From positions 1-64,000 of the forward strand of contig JAKMXF010000122.1 of assembly GCA_024704765.1 (NCBI GenBank): a stretch of DNA of 64,000 nucleotides. Reading direction: 5' to 3'. This document shows, in pieces, positions 56,982 through 64,000 of this stretch; the first letter of the stretch is position 1; every line of letters starts with the position of its first letter. Source of the stretch: Oopsacas minuta. Its lineage: Eukaryota > Animalia > Porifera. Under the pieces are notes generated by a model. That model saw only the letters and a program-made list of their open reading frames with translations. It was not told the DNA's origin and ran no database searches. The position numbers were made by a program, and so were the translations under genes.

Positions 56982-58905
56982 TTATAGGGTATAGATAGTC
57001 ATACAGACGATATACCCCAAACCATTACTCTCCAAATACTCGTCACCACTCCGATAGTACGGTTTAATGTAAAATGTAGGCAAGCATACTAATGATGATA
57101 GATTTGTTTCAATTGATGAATTCGCTACATAACATTGGGTGAATAATTAGAATAATATACAAAATAATCGGATTTGATAAGAGGCAAGAATGTATTTAAT
57201 TTAGGGATGTAATCCTGGACAAACCAGTATTTGTCTGGTCACTCGAGGTGTATGTAGTCAGAACTGGTACTTAAATTTAGTCGAAAACGGTGCATTACTT
57301 CTAGTTTCTGCGTAAGGTTCTTTTCGAGAGCCTACATGTAACAATTTATCCTAAAATGCTATATAATTTTAAAAGAGCATTTTTGATTAAATAGACAGAT
57401 AGGGTAGACCCTGGGTTATTCGAAACTCGATTATCCGACACCTCGGTTTTCCGAACAGCTGGAACAGATTTTTTTAGTGATTTGTTTGTGTGACAGGTAT
57501 AAAATTCAAAATCACAAGAATTTTTCTTAACTAATTCGAAGTGAAATTCTAAGATTATTTCTAAAATTCATTAAATCTTCTTAATTTTCAAATTCCATAT
57601 TTCTAAAGTGCCACGTTTTGTCCAAATTAATGTACATCAATCCCAAAATGAAAAATTCCCGAAATGTGTGATATTTTATGATTAGTAATATTTGATACTC
57701 CCTAATTTGTTTATGTCAAATTCAAATATTTTGTATAAAAATATGGAAAAGCAGAATTTGACCTAAAACTGAAGTAGGAAATGGCATAAATAATCTTGGT
57801 AAAAGCAGGAAAATTAACTAATTTCGAAAGATGTTGTGGGTATCCCACTATTGTTACAACATTTCTCTATGTACAATAATAATCTGCTTCTTTCAGACTT
57901 GTATTAATTGTTTCGAGACGCTGCAAATTATCAACAGATTTGGGTTGTAAAATTACAAACACGTCCTCACTACAAATGTATAGAAAATATAATATCACTA
58001 ATAAGTCATTTTCTCGACTAATCCAATCTAGTTAGATAAACCAAGAAAATATCGATTCAATCACATTCTTAGTGAATTATAAAGACACTTAGCAAGATGG
58101 AGGGGTAGGGAAACTTCCTGTCAATTCCCAGTGCCAAGATTCATCCACTAATGCTATGAAAGTCCACAACTAGTATCCAATTAGTGTCAACAAAGTTCTG
58201 AGTGTATTTGTACACATTATGTACTGAATAATGTGCTATTCCTTCGTACGAGACGCCTGCAATTTACCAACAATATATTGTTGATAATATAACAGCATTG
58301 GTAGATAATTTGACAACACGTGTTAGTAATATGGTAATATTCAGTATTATCTTACACAATCAATGACACTCTTTCTTGATCATTGTTGAATAGTTCATGT
58401 AATACAACAATTATGATCACAAGTACAAATCAACAAAAACATCAGTCAGAATTCTGTCAATCTCAAACAAAATTCCTATTGCTATTTTAGGTGATTTTCC
58501 TACATCAGTTTTCGGTCAAATTCCGTATTCCCATATTTTTATACAAAATATTTGAATTTGAAAGTTTAGTGTATCAAAGATGGACACATTTACGACCAAA
58601 ATTCTTATTAAGCACAAAAATTCACACATTCCGAGAAAACTTTGCCTTTGGGATTGATGTATATAGTTCTATAAATATGCAATACATTTATTTGGACAAA
58701 AGGTTCCACTTTTGAAATATACAAATAATCCTTATCCTAATGGACTCAAGTTTCAAGACCTGAGTTCGAGTGGCTACAGTTCTTATTTAAAGAAGTCTAT
58801 GGTTTGAGAACAATATTCGGATAACACGTCAAATTTACGAATCCAGAAGGAGCATGTCTTATCTGAGTTCTACCGTATTATATTCTCATTGAAAACTAAA
58901 TACAA

Positions 58906-60969
58906 TCATAAATATATAGCATACAAACTAGAACAAGTTAAAATTAAGATACAAGCAAATGAGTACAAAAGTACAATCCTGAACAAGCAGAGATATTTTA
59001 ATCCGAATTTCTTCTCTGCAAAATTTCCCAATATTTCAAATATATCCAATCTTTTAAATAATTTAATAACCTTTTCTCTAAAATTAGAAATTTTATCTTG
59101 CTTCTCAGATTGATTGGGTTGATCATTTGGAATTAATGCTATTGTGTCCTCATGGATGATTATATCATTGCCAGATGCTTTTTCTACATTATCAATGATT
59201 GTTACCTTCTCTTCCTTACATGTGTTGTCAGCTTCCAAGGGGACATCATCAATCTCGCCAGGATTATCTATCTGGTTAGATTTCGAATAACGCACACTCT
59301 CACTTAGGTTAGAATACTCTGTACGTACTCGATCAGAATCATCTTTACGTTTAAAGCATACCTCGTTATAAGGCAGTAAGTCTCTCCAATTGAAGACATA
59401 CCTGTGAATATCCTGTATGTCAACTTTAGGTGTTAGCAAACTCACAATAACGTTTGGGACAGCTGAGATAAACAGTAGGATTACAGCAAAATAGAGATAG
59501 TTTATATTTACGAATGCAGGCCGAGTGTCAACCTCACAGGATAGAGTATCAGGCACTCCGTATATAAGATCTAAACTCAACTTTATAACTCCAAATAAAG
59601 TGCCGATGAACGAGCCAACCATAGCTCCCCATTTGTTGCCGCGTTTCCACGCCAAACCTATAGTGAAGCTAACAGCAATAGGGGGTGAAAGGTATGCACT
59701 GATTATCTGAATATAAACGAATAATTGACCGTTTTGTGTTAGCTGAATTACAGGAAGCCAAGCTACACTTACAATAATAACAAACACGACCACAATCTGA
59801 CCGATTATTATCAGCTCTTTCGTGCTGGCTTTCGGTCTAATAAACTTCCAGACATCAATCGTGATGAGAGTAGAGCTGCTGTTGAATGTTGAGGCGAGAG
59901 AAGACATGAGGGCCGCGAGCACCACAGCTAACATCAGACCACGTAGGGGGCTAGGCAGCAGTCTAAGGATCAAAAGGATGTAAGCTTTATTAGAACAATC
60001 TTTACAAGCAACTTCATCAGTGAACAGAACCCTAGCTATCATACCGGGGAATACAATGAGCAATATGATTGATAGTTTTAGGAATCCGGCTAGTATTGTA
60101 CCACCCTGTGCATGCTGTTTGTCCCTAGCACTCAATACACGCTGTACCTCAACTTGATCAGTGCACCAATACCATATGCCAGAAATTGGCAGACCGAACA
60201 ACAAGCCAGCCCAGGGGAACTGAGGATCAGAAAGTGGGCGAAAAATGTGAAATGATTGACTGGCATCAAAACAGGTATTGAAACTACCATTGGGAAATGA
60301 ACCGTTGAAAGTAGTAGGGAACTTTTGGTAGAGAGCTGACACCCCACCGATCTTAACCAAGGAAATTACACTCAAGACAAGAGCCCCTGCTAGCATCAGC
60401 ATAGTTTGTGTAACTTCAGTGTAAATAACTGCAGTTAAACCGCCGAATATAGTATACGCACCAGTAATAACTAACAGAATGAGTGTGGATATATAGAAAT
60501 TGAGTTCTAGCGTATTCTCCAATACAATAGCTCCGCTATACAAGTCCACTGATATCTTAGTGAAACAGTACAAGAAGAGAGATAGTACTGAAAAATATAT
60601 CCTCAGTAATTTGCTGTCGAATCTCTTCTCAATATATTCTGGTAGAGTAAACACGTTTGCTTTGAGGTATACTGGAACAAAGTACCAGCCCAATAGCAGG
60701 AGTATCCACACAGCAGACCATTCATAGGAAATAACAGCTATACCCACTGCCGCACCCGAACCTGCTAACCCAATGAAATGAAACGAGCCTATATTGCTAG
60801 CGAATAGACTAGCACCTACTCCCCACCATGTCACGCTCTTACCTGCTAAGAAATAACCTTCTGTAGTTTTGCGACTGTGTTTTATGAAAGTTGATATTAT
60901 TGCGATGAGTATAATAATAAGGAAATACAATGCAACCATTGTATAATCTACAGCGTCTAGTACTGCCAT
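58906..60969 (-). CDS. SLC5 family sodium:solute symporter (SGLT/SMIT-like sugar or inositol cotransporter), 687 aa
   Basis: GYFLAGKSVTWWGVGASLFASNIGSFHFIGLAGSGAA, YEWSA, TLPEYIEKRF, SVDLYSGA, WYWCTDQVEVQRVLSAR, ALMSSLASTFNSSSTLITID. ~14 hydrophobic segments; intronless. Confidence 0.95.
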   Translation of the reverse strand: MAVLDAVDYTMVALYFLIIILIAIISTFIKHSRKTTEGYFLAGKSVTWWGVGASLFASNIGSFHFIGLAGSGAAVGIAVISYEWSAVWILLLLGWYFVPVYLKANVFTLPEYIEKRFDSKLLRIYFSVLSLFLYCFTKISVDLYSGAIVLENTLELNFYISTLILLVITGAYTIFGGLTAVIYTEVTQTMLMLAGALVLSVISLVKIGGVSALYQKFPTTFNGSFPNGSFNTCFDASQSFHIFRPLSDPQFPWAGLLFGLPISGIWYWCTDQVEVQRVLSARDKQHAQGGTILAGFLKLSIILLIVFPGMIARVLFTDEVACKDCSNKAYILLILRLLPSPLRGLMLAVVLAALMSSLASTFNSSSTLITIDVWKFIRPKASTKELIIIGQIVVVFVIIVSVAWLPVIQLTQNGQLFVYIQIISAYLSPPIAVSFTIGLAWKRGNKWGAMVGSFIGTLFGVIKLSLDLIYGVPDTLSCEVDTRPAFVNINYLYFAVILLFISAVPNVIVSLLTPKVDIQDIHRYVFNWRDLLPYNEVCFKRKDDSDRVRTEYSNLSESVRYSKSNQIDNPGEIDDVPLEADNTCKEEKVTIIDNVEKASGNDIIIHEDTIALIPNDQPNQSEKQDKISNFREKVIKLFKRLDIFEILGNFAEKKFGLKYLCLFRIVLLYSFACILILTCSSLYAIYL

Positions 60970-62398
60970 TTGAAATACCTAGAAAGGTCGTATCTATGAA
61001 ACAATCAAACAATTCCATATAAGTATGAATACAGTAGAAATCGGACTTAAGAGGTGTTGTTATATACGAGAAAAAAGCGCCGAACCCACGGGGTAGGGGA
61101 TTGGGGCTTGAGCTTCCCTCAATTGGTTACACTCTAATAGAGATAATAGGATGTGTGAGCCCTGGATCGTTCCAGTTGTTAGTGGATTATTGAAACCATA
61201 TTATTCTACTAAATATCCATTATAATAAAGAAAGATAAATTTTACAAACATTCAAAAATGTCGGTCCCTGGCCAAAATATTTATACTAAATGTAGAAACA
61301 AATCGTTAGCAAAAGAGTTTATAAACGCAGCTAGATAACCTAAGCACGTCATTCAGCGGGAAAAGCGCGTTAATTGACGTGCTTTGGGGGGAAACACTGC
61401 TTAAAAGTGCATTCCAAAGTCTCAGCTATATCTCAGGAACTAGCCAACTTATTCTGATTATTTTTTGATATTTTGTTTAATAATATATTTCGAATATTTC
61501 AAAATTGATCTTTGTAATCAAAGATCACTATTTTGCGTTCTATAATTTCTCAAATTTGGAGCATTTTTCCAACAACTCGGCAATTAGGCGAGCACATGAC
61601 GTCTTTTCGACCTGTAGAATGTGTGATTCATCACATCATGTTTATGAAACATAATGATAGCTTCAGTATATTTGCTAATATCATGAGCCATTAACTTAGA
61701 ATCAACTACAATGCACTTCGTAGTTATCCCTGATCCAGGAAATGATTGTCAGTTTTTCAGTCCTTATATTAATTAGTTCACAATTATATATATAAAATTT
61801 TGTATAAAATTCGAATTCGTATATGAATATTTCTATATACCACAGTTAAATTATTAAAAAAAATTGAAAAAATAAAATAAAAATATTCAAATTATCTTCC
61901 ATTTCAACAAAATTGTGTTTACGAATAATTATTAAAAATTGGAATATGTCAATCACATGAATAATTAGAAAATATCGAAATAAATGTTATAGGTCGATAC
62001 TAGAGGGTGTTCTTAATTATTTGGTAAAAATAAAGAGTGATAGAAAAGTTCTGGAACTGCCTTAATCTGGAAAATATTTCGGAATATGTTGGATATAATT
62101 GGTGGTGGGAGAAATGGCACAAAATGCCAAATTGTGTCTGATCAAAAATTGTATACCAAGGTTCAATTCTACAGGCCGCAATGAACCCTTGACACCCACT
62201 TTCAGCTCTTAATCATAAACGGTGTGGGTTGCAGAGCGGATACTGAGTTAAATAACTTCCCACTGCACAAAGATGAATACTCTTATACTAAAGAATAATC
62301 GGCACACAAGAAAATGTCCAAATGTATAAATAATAAATATGAGGAGAAAAGACACATCAAAGAGAACAAATAATTCTGCCTGGAAACGAAGAGTCTCA

Positions 62399-63298
62399 TT
62401 AAAATACTTGAATACAATGATGGACATTACGAGAGATAACAATTATTCTACAATGTGAGTCAACTGCGATTCCTTCAGGTAAATTAAAATGAGCCTTTCT
62501 CTCTTCGTTGTCAAATATTCTGTGTATCAAATCTCCTGTATTGGAATAAATGAGTACACAATCGGCCCCACGATCTGTCATTAAAATGTTAAATTCCCTG
62601 TCAAGAAAGAAATGCCAGGAATCAATCAACTGATTCCCTTCTCCACGAGTATAAAACTGTCGAATTAGTTGATGAGAGTAATCATAGAATCGAATATGAG
62701 GGTCATCCTTCACCAACACCACGATACTATGTAACGTCAGCTTAATGTCTGAGGGACAACTAACTTTTTCAATATACGAATGAAATGAAAGATTGAAATT
62801 TAAACATTGTATACGATTGTTCCAGTAATCACAAATGTATATAATATTCTGTTCTTTCGATACAGCAATTCCGGTTGGATAACGAAATTTCAATTCACCA
62901 TATCCCCTTCCTCCGACAAATCCCATTAGTCTCCCGTCAGTAGAGTATACAGTGACAGAATCAGTATTTGAATGTGTAATATAAATTCTATTAACACCAA
63001 TGCATATGCTAGATGGTCCATCCATCCCCTCATTGAACTGGAATAAGAATTGTAAATTTTCACTAAAGACTTGAACTCGACTCTTTTCCTTGTCACAAAC
63101 ATAAACATCATTTGTTTGGTAATCAATGGCAATAGATTCTGGATAATTAAACTCAGCAGGTTTTGAAGGGGAACTTTGTCTGAGCACACCAGCTACAATT
63201 TTCGGATTTCCTACACTTTTATAAGTTACACTTCTCATTTTAAATGATCGAGCATCATTAGCAATTATCTCTTGTATATGATCTCCAAATTCATACAT
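62399..63298 (-). CDS. Divergent NHL-repeat beta-propeller protein (~299 aa)
   Basis: Six blades (FNYPESIAID...VYVCD..KSRVQVF; FRYPTGIAV...IYICDYWNNRIQ; FNLPEGIAVD...HHCIQVF). The ORF track starts at GTG 63301; the first ATG is at 63298. Confidence 0.88.
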   Translation of the reverse strand: MYEFGDHIQEIIANDARSFKMRSVTYKSVGNPKIVAGVLRQSSPSKPAEFNYPESIAIDYQTNDVYVCDKEKSRVQVFSENLQFLFQFNEGMDGPSSICIGVNRIYITHSNTDSVTVYSTDGRLMGFVGGRGYGELKFRYPTGIAVSKEQNIIYICDYWNNRIQCLNFNLSFHSYIEKVSCPSDIKLTLHSIVVLVKDDPHIRFYDYSHQLIRQFYTRGEGNQLIDSWHFFLDREFNILMTDRGADCVLIYSNTGDLIHRIFDNEERKAHFNLPEGIAVDSHCRIIVISRNVHHCIQVF

Positions 63299-64000
63299 CA
63301 CTATTAGTAATCTTAAACTAAACTTGATTCATTGGACTATCTTTCATTATCAATTCTTAAATTCATCTACATACAAATATCTAAATTACATAAATAATTG
63401 CGATATAACAAATCAAGTACGAAATTTCATTTCAGGTGCGTTAGATACATTTTGAAGGGTCTGGATAGGCTAAATTCTCAAAATAAGTATTTATGGAATT
63501 TTAGTATTCTGAAACAATTACTTGAACATTATTCTGAGGTTTTAAATATTAACGAAATTTCTCTAAAAAGTGAGATATTGAAATACCACACATGAACCCT
63601 AATTTTATCCTAATGTTATGAAATAGATCAATGTAAAAAATTATTTGCTGGTGTCTACAGAGTCTGTTGAGCATACATTTTAATGTATGAATAGAATAAA
63701 CTTTCAAGAGAGGGAATCTATCTGATTGTCTTCTAAGTGATCTTAGCCTATAACAGATAACAGATATATAACTCAGAATTTGGATTCAAATGAGATGATT
63801 GAAGCGCTTGTTGCAAAAGAAAGAATAATACCATTAAAGAATTAAATGGATCTAGTATTTATTAAGAAATTGATTGCATTTATCATTTATCTTTGTTATG
63901 CCATCCTTTTTGTTCTCACTAGACTTCATTTTAGACAATTAACAATGCATCTTTCATTTTCGAATTAATATATGAAATAATATATATAAATTTTGTAAAA

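Overview
AT-rich, intron-poor eukaryotic (metazoan) DNA. The intronless housekeeping genes and the expanded stand-alone NHL family suggest a glass-sponge-like genome, but that is inference only. Ordinary genes: the 3' part of SPT6 (window opens mid-gene), a HELZ/HELZ2-family zinc-finger SF1 RNA helicase and an SLC5/SGLT sodium:solute symporter. Positions ~6.5-39.3 kb are a tandem segmental duplication of a three-gene cassette (A-B-C / A'-B'-C') of short, single-ORF NHL-repeat beta-propeller genes: three are intact, three are pseudogenes and there is one extra 5' fragment. A seventh, divergent full-length NHL gene lies at the right end. The array is heavily invaded by DNA transposons: two ~2.8 kb hAT elements with 8-bp TSDs, Tc1, mariner, a Harbinger MITE, a Mutator/foldback-like element with 350-bp TIRs, Buster and pogo-like MITEs, THAP/P-element, LINE and OTU remnants, and Helitron-like ends. 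Most interesting signal: NHL paralog variation is concentrated at the predicted top-face (ligand/RNA-binding) loop positions of every blade, and non-sister paralogs, including pseudogenes, share identical DNA patches. This points to a gene-conversion-shuffled recognition repertoire. All alignments and counts were done by eye.
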